Shown here: piece by piece, positions 48,833 through 63,255 of the stretch
Position numbering within the stretch: position 1 is the first letter of the stretch
How the letters are laid out: each line of letters begins with the position of its first letter
Source: Lingula anatina
Lineage: Eukaryota > Animalia > Brachiopoda
DNA length: 64,000 nucleotides
Reading direction: 5' to 3'
Assembly (NCBI GenBank): GCA_051362555.1
Contig: CM120643.1
Location: 20,154,848-20,218,847, forward strand
Notes under the pieces: model-generated
Databases searched by the model: none
The model's input: only the letters and a program-made list of their open reading frames with translations
Told to the model about the DNA's origin: nothing
Position numbers and translations under genes: made by a program

Positions 48833-51628
48833 GTCACAGCAAGTTGCAGATGAGCAAACTCAAGGTCAAGGTCAAAATCTGCCTGGTCAGACATATTGGA
48901 CCAGTTGTTGGTCGGGGTTGGACACTGAGACTGTAAGCTATAAACAGCAGGTGGGAATCCACACCAACATGGCCCAGCTTCCGGAAGCCAGTCAGAATTT
49001 TTCAAAAATACATGGTTGTTGTAATAGACTTCCATTTTGAGACTGTTATCACATTGATTATATCTCGATATCTCTTGTCATTTATGTAAGCTGAGACACC
49101 CGAGACAATCCACAGCTGTCACTATAGTTCATTAGGCACACCTGATCCCCTTTCCAAACTATAGACATTATAAATATTTTGATTGTTTGTCTTGGATGCG
49201 ACAGATATATTGATATAGAAAATTGCAAAAGATATAAGTTATAGCGCTTCTAGTTACACCTTTTCCTTTTTTTATTCCTGGGGGAGGGCAGTGTTGCCTT
49301 TGGTGAAATTCTTTTTCACACAATCATGTGATAGAAAATAAGCACAGTTTTCAACTTTTTGGATTTTAACTCACTTTCATATAATATGCCCATATTTTTT
49401 CTAGTATTCTCTACTCAGAATACTAAGAGAGACAAATTCATGTCTTGAAAAATCTGTTTACTCTTCATACACACATTTCAGCACAAGAGTGCTTCAAGCT
49501 AAAAAGACTTGGTAGCCTTCCTCCTATTGTACATTAATGTCATACTATATCCGTAAAAGTGAATTTTGTACGTACTTGTATTTGTAAGAAGTTGTAGACA
49601 GTGTCATTATCAACTAGGGAGCAGAGAAAATTGCCTAATTACCCAGAATTAAACAAAACACTTCTGCACTGCAGCACTAAATTTAGCATTGCAGTTCAGC
49701 GTAATCTATAGTTAAGACGTACCATAAGTACCTACTGCCTGTTATTATCATCTTCCGCCTCAGAGTGTTAAGTAGGTGAGATGCATGTTCAGGAAATTTT
49801 TTTTGCTCCCCACTTTAATTCTCACACGTCCAAATATAAAATCCACTTCTCAGTAGTGTGAATGTTAACAGTATTCTGTCATGGGGGTAACAATTATTAA
49901 GGATTATTTGCCAGACACAAAAACCCTTATTTTGAATAATATCACCGTACTGCACACGTTACTGCACATGATAGAATATACATAATGATATTTATAATGT
50001 TTTAACAAGCTGTTTACTTATTAAAAAATCAATTGTAGATGAACCTACACATTGTAACTGATATCAAATGGGTGGGCGTCATGCATAAAATATGACATAA
50101 TAAGTTATTTTTTTTAATTTCATACTTTTACAAATTATTAATCATTTAGTCTGAACCTAGAAGACTTCATGAAACAAACATTTTCAACTCATTTTTGGCT
50201 TTTAAATAATGTGAGCATGATTGGTTTAGGGCGACCTTATATGGATGAGGCAACATTAAGTGCAAGGCTTTAGTTAAATTGGTGAGATAAGGAATATTTT
50301 CTATCATGTTCAATTTGTTTATTCGTGTTTTCAGTTTTTCTTGAAAATAGCACGATCTTTCATAAATTCTGTGAAAGTAAGTTACCTTAGCTTGAGAAGT
50401 AAAAGCACATGCCTGACTGGTGGAACTGGAAATTTCAATTCAATTCAAGATAAAATTGTCCATACCCGATGCAAAATCTCTTATCTTCTAATTTCTTAAA
50501 TTCATAGATTCTTCATTTTTGTTGAAGTCCTTGCAATGGTAAGATACCACTGATAGCCTACATAAACAAGTACTTACTCAGATAAGAGATGCAGATCAAA
50601 GAAATTCAGCCACATTAAGTATACTGCTTCCTGCTTACAACCTACAGGAATGAGGCCATCTAGAATACATTGATGGACAATTGTGAAAAAATTATGTCAA
50701 AAGTATAGCAAAAAAAAAGTGAAAATGGATCTTTGTAATAATTGCTGACAAGGCAAATGAGTGTTGTATTAACCTGTGCTATGCTACCTTTATTCACTGT
50801 ACTAGTACGTGTCCAACTTCTATTTTTATTGCTTGAAATATGCAATAATTGTAGCACGAGGCTGGGAACATAATTCAAAGGACAGCTATATTTTTTCTAA
50901 ATTAATTCGTCCTTTTGAAATTCAACTATATTTTAATTTATCATTTAATTTTGTAATAATATAATCATCATCATCATCATCATAATAATAGTAGTAGTAG
51001 TCTGAAATTATGCATGTATATAACTATGATGTAATTTGGAAGACTGTCAGAAAGAGTGCCTCCATCTGCCCCTGCTCACACACTTAAAAATCCTATCCCA
51101 TATGATTGCTGGTGGCATTTCACTTGACACTGCAAAATTCTCAAAAAGGTGGTTTTTTAACGTGGTTTAGAACCTGATACATCGACAACTGAGAAGTACT
51201 AGGATGTTGTCAATGAGGCCAGAAAATTAGTTGGTAACAATACCTACTTTGTACTCGAACCACTATCTTAATAATTAGTGCAGAATAATGCATTGTCTGA
51301 GATGAGTATAAATGATGAACTTAATACACAATATACAAAAACTTCCTACGGTTGCGTATTTAATTTCCAAAACATCCTGCAGATACTTGACGGCCTTATC
51401 ATAGCTAAAAGCATTAATGTGTAAGTGTGTTCGTGCAGTTATGCTGGTTGAATAAAATGTAAGGGCTTCCCAACTTCAAAATTTTTACAAATTGCCCAAA
51501 TAAGATGTACATGTGCTGTTGTGGAGAGGCCAGAAGCACATGTATATTTTGTATTTATTTGACTTTCTCTGTGTGTGTGTGTGTGTGCGTGTGTGTGTGC
51601 GCGTACACATGTGTGAATGTGTGTATTT

Positions 51629-51659
<31 letters not shown>

Positions 51660-52415
51660 GAAAAGGGTGGAATTTCATTAGCAAATAAGTACACAGCTAG
51701 GTTTCTGGCTCAAGAGGAAGCTGGAAATGTCCAGGAAATAATGAACTAACTGTACCCAGTATAATCCTGCATATGGATGACATTTCCCTCAAAACAAGAC
51801 ATCATGCAGAGACAAGCATAGTTCTCATATTGTCTCATTCCTTGTAAGTATGTAAATGTACATGTAGCAAAGAGACCAATATCTTTAATAGCCAGGAATC
51901 CACATTAGATAGACCATTAGAGGCTACTCTTTTTTCATCATTTAAAGATAGCAGAGACAGCGCATATTAAAAAATAATACCTCTGCTTCAGAGCTTTATG
52001 GCAGAATTTTTATCCATAATGCCATCCTTAAGGTTTTGCAAATACATTGGAGATGTTTACTTTATCAAAGCAATTTGATTGTCTTTCATGAGTGCCTTTA
52101 AATTTTTACAACTGATGGCTTCATTCAAGGGACAAGCAATGTTCAGGGAAAACAAATGCCACTCACAATTCACAGAACGATTCCTATAAAACATTCTATA
52201 ATCAAGGAGGAGATGCCATGATGGGGTAAAGCTCGGGAAACACACGGGAAGGGTTGAAAACACACCAAGGGCCCATTTCAGAGAAAAACACTAGCACAGA
52301 AATTGTTTTAAACCTATAACCCCTTATTTAAGTCTACTTTATCAGTGGCAGCCCCATTAAATAAAACACTGTTTTGTAATAAAAAAAAAGACATGACTAA
52401 TGTTTGAAACCAATA

Positions 52416-52585
52416 CAGGGGCAGACTGAGGCCGTCTTCTGGGTCTTCTGGAAGATGGTCAGAATTTCAAGTATACACTGACAGTTATCTAATTTTTTTT
52501 ATGTCAGAAGACAGTCAAAAATGGAGGATGGATCAACAAAGATAATTTGGAAGACTGTCTGAAAATATTTCTTGATCTGCCCCTG
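52416..52585 (-). mobile_element. MITE family A copy, 5-bp TSD caata
   Basis: caggggcagac ... atctgcccctg. Confidence 0.85.
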
Positions 52586-55144
52586 CAATACATGCTTAAT
52601 CTAACATCCCTCAACAAGTAAAGAACAGGGTAACAAATCAAGGTAAAGGTATGTGAATTCATGAGGATATGGGTTAAAGTTCAGCCCAATTTTCGGGCTA
52701 AAATTCCCTTGTGAAATCAGCCCCAGATCCTTTATCTCCATTTTCATCACCAGAAGCCAATTTTGCCTATTTGCCAGCATTTGTTTTAGAAGCATAAGTC
52801 ATATGAAAAAAAAAAATCAAATGTATTTTCAATGATTAAGTGGAACACACAAATAACTGCACTTAACGGTTTAATTTCAGATACAAAATAGTCCATCAAA
52901 GTCTGGCCAGCTCATCACGCTGTGTAACTGAAGCAAAGGCGCTGAATACAATAGCTCTGACTGCGTCAACAATCCCTGACATTCAAGTATTCCATGGCTG
53001 TTAAATATCTCACACAGTTATTCTTATTCAGTGATGCACATCAGCAGCTTGTCTGCCTTGAAGAAGAGAGTTTGATATTTGCATGACTCTGTGGATCTGT
53101 TCACAACCTAGTTGATCCGGAACTAACTGAGCAGTGGATCAAACGTGGCATGTCCTACCTGAAAGCTTGTTGCGTAATCCCCTGCAGGGATGGCGGGCGT
53201 GGGAAGTGGGAAATCCATTAGGGGATTGCGTGGAACGCTTTCAAGTGTACACCATATTTGATCCATGGCTCATTCAGTCTGTGGATCAACTTGGCTGTGG
53301 ACAGAGCCTTTTAAGCCACTCTTTCGCCCCGCAATAATCACTTCCTGACACAAGCTTCCTGCAATCCTGATTTTGTGACCCAGAACAATTAATGTATAAA
53401 TATTTATGGGATGAAAAACATACACTCAAGGCAGGTTTTTGAGTTAAATGCATCTGGAGTAGATCTACACATTATTGTGTTGCAATGATAACACATGGAC
53501 AGTTAACCCAAAATCTAGGTAACAATAAACAGCCTTTTTTGTATCTTTTCTTATATTTGGCATTTTATTTAAAAATATGTTTGACAAGGGTGCCTTGCAA
53601 TGAGCCTCACGCTATGTCATATGTGAGGAGATGTGGTAACAGTGACTTGTATCGGCTGACATGATGCTGAGCCAGCAGACTGGACAGGTCAGAACTTAAA
53701 CCAAGGCTGTATTCCCATAGATTTTAGATCGATCTATCACCGCGGGGAGTCTCACTAGATTACTTTCAGATAATCCGACTTAAAAGTCCGTCCCGCCTAC
53801 TACAAGCTGTAAGGGGGTAATTAACTTTCGTGTCCGCCCGGCTGACAGCTATTTAGCGTGAACCCCCAGGGAGTTAGGTCGATCTAAAGTAGGTCGATAT
53901 AATCTATGGAAATGGGGTGCAAGAGAACTGTCATCACTGATGATACAATTAAACCAAAGATTTATTATTACAAGTCCCTCTCAATGGATTATACAGCTAC
54001 TTGTCTGGATAAAATCAGATAAATGTAATAGAAATATTTCTCTTGTAGTTATCTTTTTTTGCTCTCTTCGGGAGTACCGAGTTTTGAACGTTTTACTTTA
54101 ATGTTGATCTTTACCTTAGGGTTCAAAATTAACATCCAAGGGGATAGAAATAAAATAATGCATTTTGTCTCAATTTGTATCTGTTATGCCTTCTGGTCTT
54201 TTGAGACAGAAAGACACTGAATGTGAATAATGCCCTCATTGGCACTGTAGTTTTTTTGTGATTATCGAGATGGACAACATGGCTGGGATTAAGTTAATTA
54301 CAAATTGTTAAGTGCCAAGGTAAAGCATGCTGTGCATAACATGGCTGACACATCTGCACATCAAAGCCATGAAATTTATGAAGCTTCCAACTTGACCATT
54401 CTTGTTCAAAAGTTTCTTCATTTAAAAAAGGCCTATATGACTGAGAAAAGTAGGCCAAGGGGCCCTGTCAAGGGTTAATTGATCCATTTGCCAAATTAAT
54501 CTCAGCCAAAAACCACATAAGAGGCATATTTTCCAACTCGTCTATTCTTCATGATAATAGTTACACACAGTTTGTGACAAAGATGGTCTGAACGATGGAG
54601 ATTTGCTGCACATTCCCTATTGTTGGCTGGAAACCTGCCTGTTTACCCAAAGACAAAGCTCTTCAGGTTTTTACCTAGCTTTCCATAGAACTGACTAGCA
54701 ATTTCAAAATCAAGGTTCTTTTTCTGAAAACCCCAAGTTGACCCAACTTGCAATTGAGAAGTGACATAGATTTCCCTACATCAAATCTTGATTCACAGAA
54801 GAACTTTTCCAACCAAAAGAATGGCTCTCTTATATCTCCTGAACACTCCACCTCTCTTCTGCCTCTCAGCATGTGGGTGATTCGTGAATCAAATATGGCC
54901 AACCCACATGAAAGCTTGCCACATAATCCTCTAACAGACACTGAATAGATTCCACATAGGGATTAAGCAACAAGCATTCAAGTCATATTTGTTCTGCAGA
55001 TCGATTTTCTGTGGATCAAATTTGGTTGTAAATGCACCCCATAAGCCCTTAAGTCATATATGATACCATTCATAGAAAGTGATAGGAGACACAAGAGATA
55101 ACATCTATGGCATGGTTTTTTTGGGAGACAAACAGGCAGACAGA

Positions 55145-55806
55145 CACCCTGAGCTTCAGAGCTAACTTGACACTAACCTCTTCACTGTAGCCTATCTTCA
55201 TCGTGTCAAGTAACCTCTGACGAAAATAGTTTGACCTAGTTTATATAAGCCAATCAAATCCATGTTTCAAAATTTTTCACCAAAGTTTGGTGAAAACGCT
55301 GATTGGTTGACTGTCAATCGGCAATCCTCGGCTAATTCCGCAAGCTCCATACTAACAACAAAGTTATTGTCGAGTGCGGAGACATCCGAGTAGTTCCGAG
55401 TGTATTACTGTACACAAAGAAAGCAAGGCGAGTGACTACGAAAAAGAATGTGTTAAGTTATCTCTTGATTCTTTGCAAAATATGAGTAAATCGGAATTGA
55501 AACCATAGGGTCTAGCAGTTTGAGGCCCTGCATCATTATCTACTGAGAGACGATGTTATTTGCGTGCTGCCCACAGGTTACGGCAAGTCCCTGATATTCA
55601 GCTTTGATTGGTCCGGATTTGATCAAAGCGCGCTTTGACTCGTTCGCGTTCATTGGCTAAATCGTTTAATGAGTCATTGAGTGCTGGCTTTTAAATTTGA
55701 TTGGCGGGCGGCGGAGGCAATCGAATCTGGTCAGAGGTTACTTGACACGATGAAGATAGGCTACAGTGAAGAGGTTAGTGTCAAGTTAGCTCTGAAGCTC
55801 AGGGTG
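55145..55806 (+). mobile_element. AcademH-like non-autonomous DNA transposon with a RecQ-type helicase remnant
   Basis: Perfect 77-bp TIRs (55145-55221 / 55730-55806); 9-bp TSD gcagacaga; 55516-55599 encodes QFEALHHYLLRDDVICVLPTGYGKSLIF. Confidence 0.85.
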
Positions 55807-58641
55807 GCAGACAGATGGACAGCTAGACAAACAGCCAAAAAGCGTATTCAGAACCAGAAGATGCACGGACTAACTAGTCTGTGGATCAAGTATGGGACCC
55901 AGTTGACAATGGATTCCTGCCTCCCACACGCCCCACCCCAGCAGGGACAGATCAATTAAATATCAGCACACCTACAAGCAGCTAGGTGGCACTATATTTG
56001 ATCTGCGGACTAGTTAGTCCATAGATCTGAATGCACCCAAAGAAACCGATTTCAGCATATCCTTGACTTCACCAAGAAACTACAAAAACATCCGTATATA
56101 ATCTATGATTTATTGGTATTCAGTGATCTTTTATGTAAATCCTGCCCATCTTCATTCAAAAGAGGTTTTGGCCTCTTAAGATTTTGTGTGTAGTTTAAGA
56201 ACATCAGTGGCTTATCAAAGTGACAACACCAAAAGAATAAAAGACATATCATTAACCAATAGGAAATAATATGATATTCCTTAAGGTTCAATTCTTTGTG
56301 CAACATCTTTTGAGACATTTCATTTTTGACATTTATTGCATTTTTGATGATCTGAGAATATTGAAATTGTAGCATTAAGTGATTTTGTCTGTATCCTGCA
56401 CCTTCTGATTTGCCCTCAGAAAAGCAAATCCTTCTTAATGAAAGTCTCAATTTTCAGCTTTTTTTTTTTTTTTGTTCCAACTTGGTAAGGAATAAAACTT
56501 CCAGATAAAATATAATTTTCATTGCAATTAATGACTGTTTTATGTTTATCCTGCCTACCTAACACAAGGAGGCTAGAGTTACCATGATATCCACACATGA
56601 CTGAAAATAATACCTCATTTCTTGCAACCCATGTTTAACTTTTCTTTTGGGTGCTATTTATTCATTATCACATAACAACATCTCAGGATTTTCAAAAGTA
56701 CGATTTTGGAAACCTTAGTCAAAGTTCAATTCAATATACATAGCAAGCTTTTGTGTGTGTGACTCTCTTAGGTAATAGCAAACCTAGGCTATGATTCAAT
56801 TAGTCTGGCGAACTGGTGCAATACAAAAATTTATACTAAACTATATGTCACTAGCTAGAACACTTTTAGAATCTTTTAGAAATAAGCAGGAATTCATCAC
56901 TGAATATCATCAGATACCTAGCACCCTTGGAATTCCCTAAGAAATTCATATGTATGTTATTTATTTAAGCTGTTTACATATATCTCAAACACCACAAATC
57001 AGCTGGATGTTATCAACTGTTGGCTGATTTTTAATTTGATACTGGTTACTGATTTATAGATGGATGTATAGTCCCAGGCTGAGCCCTTCATGGGAGGAAA
57101 ATCCCATAGCGTAGTTACAGTCAAAATGTTAACTGTGATACAGATGAATATGCCGTGCAATATAAAAAGGCCCTAGATCCTCTACATGTATGTGCATGGA
57201 ACAATTCTGTTTAAGCTATACATTTTCCCCAAGTTATCCTCGTGCAGTGATACATCTATTTCTTTTTGAAGGTGATGGTGCCCTTACTAATTTCACCCAG
57301 AATAATATATTTCAATTAAGGTACAATAAAGCAGTCACAATTAACTTATCAGTATATTTCTAAAATAGTCTCCAGTGTGAAAGGATCTTTACACATAATA
57401 TGGTTATATAACAGGTATTATAGATAATAATAGCAATTAGTGACTTGGATCACTAAATTAATGACTTGTAACTGCGATTTCTGTACTGATCAAGTCCAAG
57501 TATTGCATTAATTTATTAACTGCGAACAGTTAGATTTTGGTCAGCTTTTATCCAGATCTTTTTTGTTTGCATATTCTATTTTATTTATTTTACTGAACTG
57601 CATGCTATCTTTAATGTAGCAAAAGATGAGATGAATTGCAATAAAGAGCTCTGAAGGAAATCCCAAGATGGAAAAAAAACATTTTCAGTCCTCTTTCTCC
57701 ACTGTCAACAAAAGAGGCAATCTTTTAAGCTACTGTCACGCATGTTCACGTACTTATTTACTTGTTTGAATGGCAGTTGGAGATTATCAAGTAAGATGGA
57801 ACTGGTTTATAGAAAAAACGAAAAAAATTTGGGTGGCAATTTGATCCCTTTTTTTTTTCGAACTTGAATTATGATTTGACTGCAGAGTTGAGCCCTACGT
57901 CCAAAGTGAATTGCTATATTACAAACGTCTTTGTGACAGGAAATTGGGTGTGATAAACCTGAAATATAAGCTAGCAGCATCACTTTATGCCTGATGTAGC
58001 ATATCAGCATGATATCCTGGCAGACGCTGAAAAAATATTTCTTAGAATTTACCTTATATAATGGTACATGTGGTAACCATTGTCAACAACTTTGCCAGTT
58101 CACCTTTGTTATCAAGGTCTATTACAACTGGTAGCACATGAAGTGACAGGAAACTCGACTGGTGTAAAGAAAATACTTGCCTGTAAAGCTGTCCACAGAT
58201 CATTATATATCTATTATAGGCTGACATTTATGACTGGGTACTGGGTCACATGATTGAAGAATCAGTATGTTGGTTTCTTGAGAGAGTTGAGTTCTTAAAT
58301 GAGACTGTTTTCACTTAGAATTTTTAACTATTAATCTATTTATTAACAAACTTTATATGACATACATTTTGAAACTTCTTTTCTCTTAATGGTACACAAT
58401 GTGCATTTAATTATGTCTAAAAGTCATATTTTTATGCCTTCAAAGCTACACTGCTCTTTCCAAATTCAGACCTTAAAAATGATAAAATATTTCTTGTGAG
58501 AGAAATTCACTAAACTGGTAGGAAAAATTCTGGATTGGATACCTTTAACTTTTTTAAAGCAATCAAACAGTTACACACATTTCATATACATATATTTGCT
58601 TTTTTAGTAAAAATACAGTAATGGGAGACGATATTTGTCCT

Positions 58642-58686
<45 letters not shown>

Positions 58687-59335
58687 ACTGAGACTGAAAT
58701 TGGAACAGACAATTTGAAAGGAAATTAATATCTCATGCAAAAAGATACCAACAGGATATATGAAACAGAAATGCAGAAGGTCTTTTGTCAATAGCCTCAG
58801 AAATGGAGTGATCTCACATTTACCTAGCTGACTAAAGAACCTCCAGAATAATTATTACTGAAACTCAACTACTGAAATTTTTCAACATCAGGATATAATT
58901 GGTTTTCAAAAACCCACTTGTATTTTGAATTCATTGTTTTAAAAAGCATGGGTGTACATTTAATATGAAATGGTTGAAGCAACCAAACCTCTTCACTTCT
59001 AGTCTCTGAAACAAAATGTAACTTTTTAACATATCAGGATTACAAAAATTAATATAATTTTGGTACTTCAATCTATCAACTCTCCGCATAAAGCTCTTAA
59101 CGTAAGGGTCATTCCACAAAAAAAGTGAACTTCTGAGTCCCATCAGTGAACACAAGTTTTGTGTTATATTAGCATAATTTTTTATATCGCTCTCCAATAA
59201 CTATATATTTCTTTCCATATTGGAGGGGACAGAGAAAATAATAATGCAAGTCAGCATTATGCCAATGTTTCACAAATGTGTGCATTACTGACTTGAATCT
59301 GATGTTCAGTTTTTGTGGAATAGACCCATAAACAG

Positions 59336-59505
59336 CAGGCCCGTACCGGGGGGGGGGGGGGGGGGGGGGGGTTGAGAACTGCTCTTTTTGCTGGAAAAGG
59401 TTCCCTCTGGATAAAATTCTATCTAGGTGTACGATGGTTTTATGGTAAAAGGTCCACTTTTTCAGAAAAAGAACCCCCTTTATGAAATTGCTGGCTACAG
59501 GCCTG
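59336..59505. mobile_element. MITE family D copy
   Basis: caggcccgta ... tggctacaggcctg; flanks aacag / aaaag. Confidence 0.7.
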
Positions 59506-61117
59506 AAAAGAATATCGTTATCTGAGGGACACGAATCAATCATCAAAAGTGGCTTTAGATCAATTGTCTTCGGGGTTTTCCAGAAGACCATCAAGCATCA
59601 GAGCACTGTCAGAATTGTCTTTAAGGAATCTTATATTGTAAAATTGGTTCTTGGAATTTTTCTTTAATGAACTTCCAAAGGTTGTCAGTCTGGATCGAAG
59701 ACTGTCAGTGTTGAAGAAAAAATCCAACCCTAGAGATATCCTTATGCAATCCATAGGCCCAATTTATGTAATGAACAGACTAGATAATTTTTTTTGTCAT
59801 GCCTGTCACCACAGTTTCAAATAATGACAACTTGCAAACACAACACCTTCCCAAGTCTTGATAAATGTTACGAAGCCAACAACTAATGAAGCAGTTATTC
59901 TAATATCTGTGCAGGTAACTTTTCGGGTACGGTAATTGCTTGAAATTTTCAAGTGACACACTAAGGCACCATTCCCACAGACACCATGGGGACTCTCGCT
60001 GGGCACTCTCCCTGATTGCAATCAATTTAACAAATAAACACGCCTCCTCCTGGCGCAAAGTACAGAAAAGCGGGTGATAATACGAGCATGTTGGTAACAA
60101 GAGGAGTTGGCTATTATGTAACAGTCCACCTTAACAGAGCCCATGCAATCGCCAAGGCTAATTAATAAATTAATTAATCAAATAGCAGGATTGTAATCTT
60201 GTGGAATACTTATCAAAAGGAATAATAATAAATCCTGTGTAGTGTAAATTAATGTGAAAAAGGTCTAAGTTAATCACAAAATGGCCTTTCGAACATGAAG
60301 CTGACTTTTAAAAAATAATGAATCAACATTTTACAGTCTAATTGACAAAACAATGAAGCCAATTAACTTTTAAGATATATTGGATCAACATTTTTAAGTT
60401 TTTCTAAAAAAAACATTTTTGGGGAAAAATCATTAACTCATTTTGTTTGCATATGATGAGCAACTGCCATATTTTCATTCATTGGATGGTAATTCTCATG
60501 TAACCGCAGCTTGTTAAGGCAGACCTAGATAGAGTAACACCCACTTACTCTGTGGTAAAACGTGCTATCTATTCAGGTGGAATTCACCAGAGGCCTTCAT
60601 TGTCTCCATGATACTTGTAATAAAACTGAAATATTTAGAGCAACATGCTCAGATAATCATGTAGGTACTCTATGTGGCGACATGTATACATACATAATTT
60701 ATGGCTGGGCCTTATTTTGTGAAAACAGTTTTTTAAGGGATAATTTTTGGTAGATTAGAATTTATGACATCTTTACGGTATGCTGAAGGCACAAATAAAT
60801 GAATTACAAATACTAAATAACTATAATTTCATGTCCCTGTGATATGTGCTACATTCACCAATTTTCTTTTTTCCTTTTTTAATTCCCTTTACTTTGGGTT
60901 AACAGCTGAAATGCTACTTTTTTTTTGCTGCTTACAACAGAACCTCATACATTTCAAATTGACGTCATTCTAAAAAAAACTTTCAAGTACAAATGACATG
61001 ACTGTGCTCTGGCTGAATAGTTTCAGTTACTATGACAAAAAAAATGATGCAATCATTTTTAGGTGCGTTTACACTGGCCTAAGTTAATTATTAACTTACC
61101 ATGACTAACGTAAAAGA

Positions 61118-61488
61118 ATGTAAAAGCTAAACCAGTTCAGGACTAGACCAATGGACACCATGACCATGATAGATGTAAAAGCTAAAGCAGTTCGGGACTG
61201 GACCAATGGACACCATGACCATGATAGATGTAAAAGCTAAAGCAGTTCAGGACTAGACCAATGGACACCATGACCATGATAGATGTAAAAGCTAAAGCAG
61301 TTCGGGACTGGACCAATGGACACCATGACCATGATAGATGTAATTTAAGCTAAACCAGTTCGAGACTGGACCAATGGACACCATGACCATGATAGATATA
61401 AAAGCTGAACCAGTTCGGGACTGTACCAATGGACACCATGACCATGATAGATGTAAAAGCTAAACCAGTTCGGGACTGGACCAATGGA
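61118..61488. repeat. 55-bp minisatellite, about 7 copies
   Basis: Unit gatgtaaaagctaaa(g/c)cagttcgggactggaccaatggacaccatgaccatgata; period 55, one 58-bp variant. Confidence 0.92.
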
Positions 61489-63083
61489 TGCTATGACAAT
61501 GAAAAACGTAACAAAAGGGACCTGATGTGCAAGGTTGGCTTTCTGCTGAGCTGTAACAATTTGAATGTATCACATGATGACATAAGGGCTATCTATGAAA
61601 TCCCTTTTCCTTGCTTTCGTGAAAACAATTATGGAGGAAATGTTTGGACAATTACTTATGGCAGTTCTTTGACATTTGTTGTAATTTTTCTCAGGATTCT
61701 CTAAATTTATTCCCTAGAGACATTTACAGCATGTAAGACCTTTCAGACTTACTTTCTATAAATGGCAGAAACATGTTTTTGGTAAATCAAGATCTACTGC
61801 AAGATTATTATGCAAATAAATTCTCTCCCTAAGGTGGAACTAATGCTCCCCTAGGATCAGTGAACCGCATTTGCAATCACAGTCAAACCCTGCTGTAGGC
61901 ACTTTGATGTTTTGATAAGATTAAATTTTTACAGAAATATTCAGCCTAAACATTCATATTGGTTTACAGTTGATGAATTGAATTTATTGAAAACTTTCAT
62001 CTTGACGTTTTTCATTCACATAAAGATTCAAGCATATTTGTCTACTCAAACTTGTCTCAACTGTGAAAAGAAAATCTATTTTACCTCTTTTCAGACATCT
62101 TTTATTTTGATATTTTAATTTTTTAAGAAATAAAAAGACTAACCTGGTGTACCACTACATGTAAAGGGAGCATAGCTATAAAAATGCTGCAAAATTGTAT
62201 TTTCTGACCTATGAAACCCAGGGTTTGCTATTCTGATGGCTAATGGTCTCTTCCCCATGGAATGCTACTCCAAAGATCTACTATTTCAACGGTCCATTTA
62301 TCCAAAATATACCTTCAGAGTAGCACAAAGAACCCAAATTGAATATAAAGAATATGTGGAAAGTATATACATTAAATTCAATGCACACTTCTTTAGTGAT
62401 GGATGAGTGAATGTGAATTTCAAATAAAAGCTAATTTACATTGCAGCATGATTATACTGTCTTTAGAATAGTGACCCTTCGGAATAGCCAACCCTTAGCC
62501 ATCAGAATAGCAAATCCCGGATTTCCCAGGTCAGAAAAAACATTTTAGAGCATTTTTAAGAATAGTGAACCTTTGGAATAACTTCGGATTACAGAGCTGA
62601 CCCCCACGTAATGGTCTTAAATTGTATTAGGATGTTATTGAGAGCATTCACAACAGATGATCCGTAGACTAAATATGGCCGACCCCATTCAAAAGGAATG
62701 CTGCTAATTCCCTGATGGTCTACCCACCTCCAAACACACAGTCCCTGCAGGGGTCTAGCAATTAAACCTGGACCAGAGATATAATCCATTTAATTTATGC
62801 ATGTGGAGATGGGGAGACCATCAGGGAATTAGCAGCATTGCTTTTAAGTGGGTTGGCTGTGTTTAGAAGGGGATCAACTTGCTCTGAATGCACTCACTGA
62901 TAGAGAATTTTAACAGTCCCAGCCTGGTGAAATTGCACTGATGGACAACCAGACAAACAGGCAGGCAATTTAATTCCACAAACAAGTACATCATTATTCC
63001 TCCTTCCTGAACACACAAAAGGGACAAACTATTTACAGGCCTCATAAACGTTAATTGTCCTTTGTGATCATGGATGCCAAATC

Positions 63084-63255
63084 CAGGGGCGGATTCAGAG
63101 ATATTTTCTGACAGTCTTTCAAATTAACTTTGTTGATCCATCCTCCATTTTTGACCATCTTCTGAGAGAAAAAAATAGATACCTGTCAATGTAAACTTGA
63201 AAATCGTACTGTCTTCTGGAAGACCCAGAAGAATGGCCTTAAAACTCTCGCCCTG
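63084..63255 (+). mobile_element. MITE family A copy, 5-bp TSD aaatc
   Basis: caggggcggattc ... ctcgccctg. Confidence 0.85.

Noticed and set aside
56103-56450. 115-aa minus-strand ORF
   Set aside because: No recognisable motif, no DDX1 similarity and no convincing splice context.
58052-58181. Exon-like minus-strand segment with AG/GT ends
   Set aside because: Stops in all three frames; no DDX1 similarity.
61118-61488. CRISPR-like array or repeat-protein ORF
   Set aside because: Head-to-tail 55-bp minisatellite with no spacers; the period is not a multiple of 3.
62143-62176. Candidate upstream DDX1 exon (YAPFTCSGTP) with AG/GT ends
   Set aside because: Does not resemble the expected TDxVHxxDxxxP sequence.
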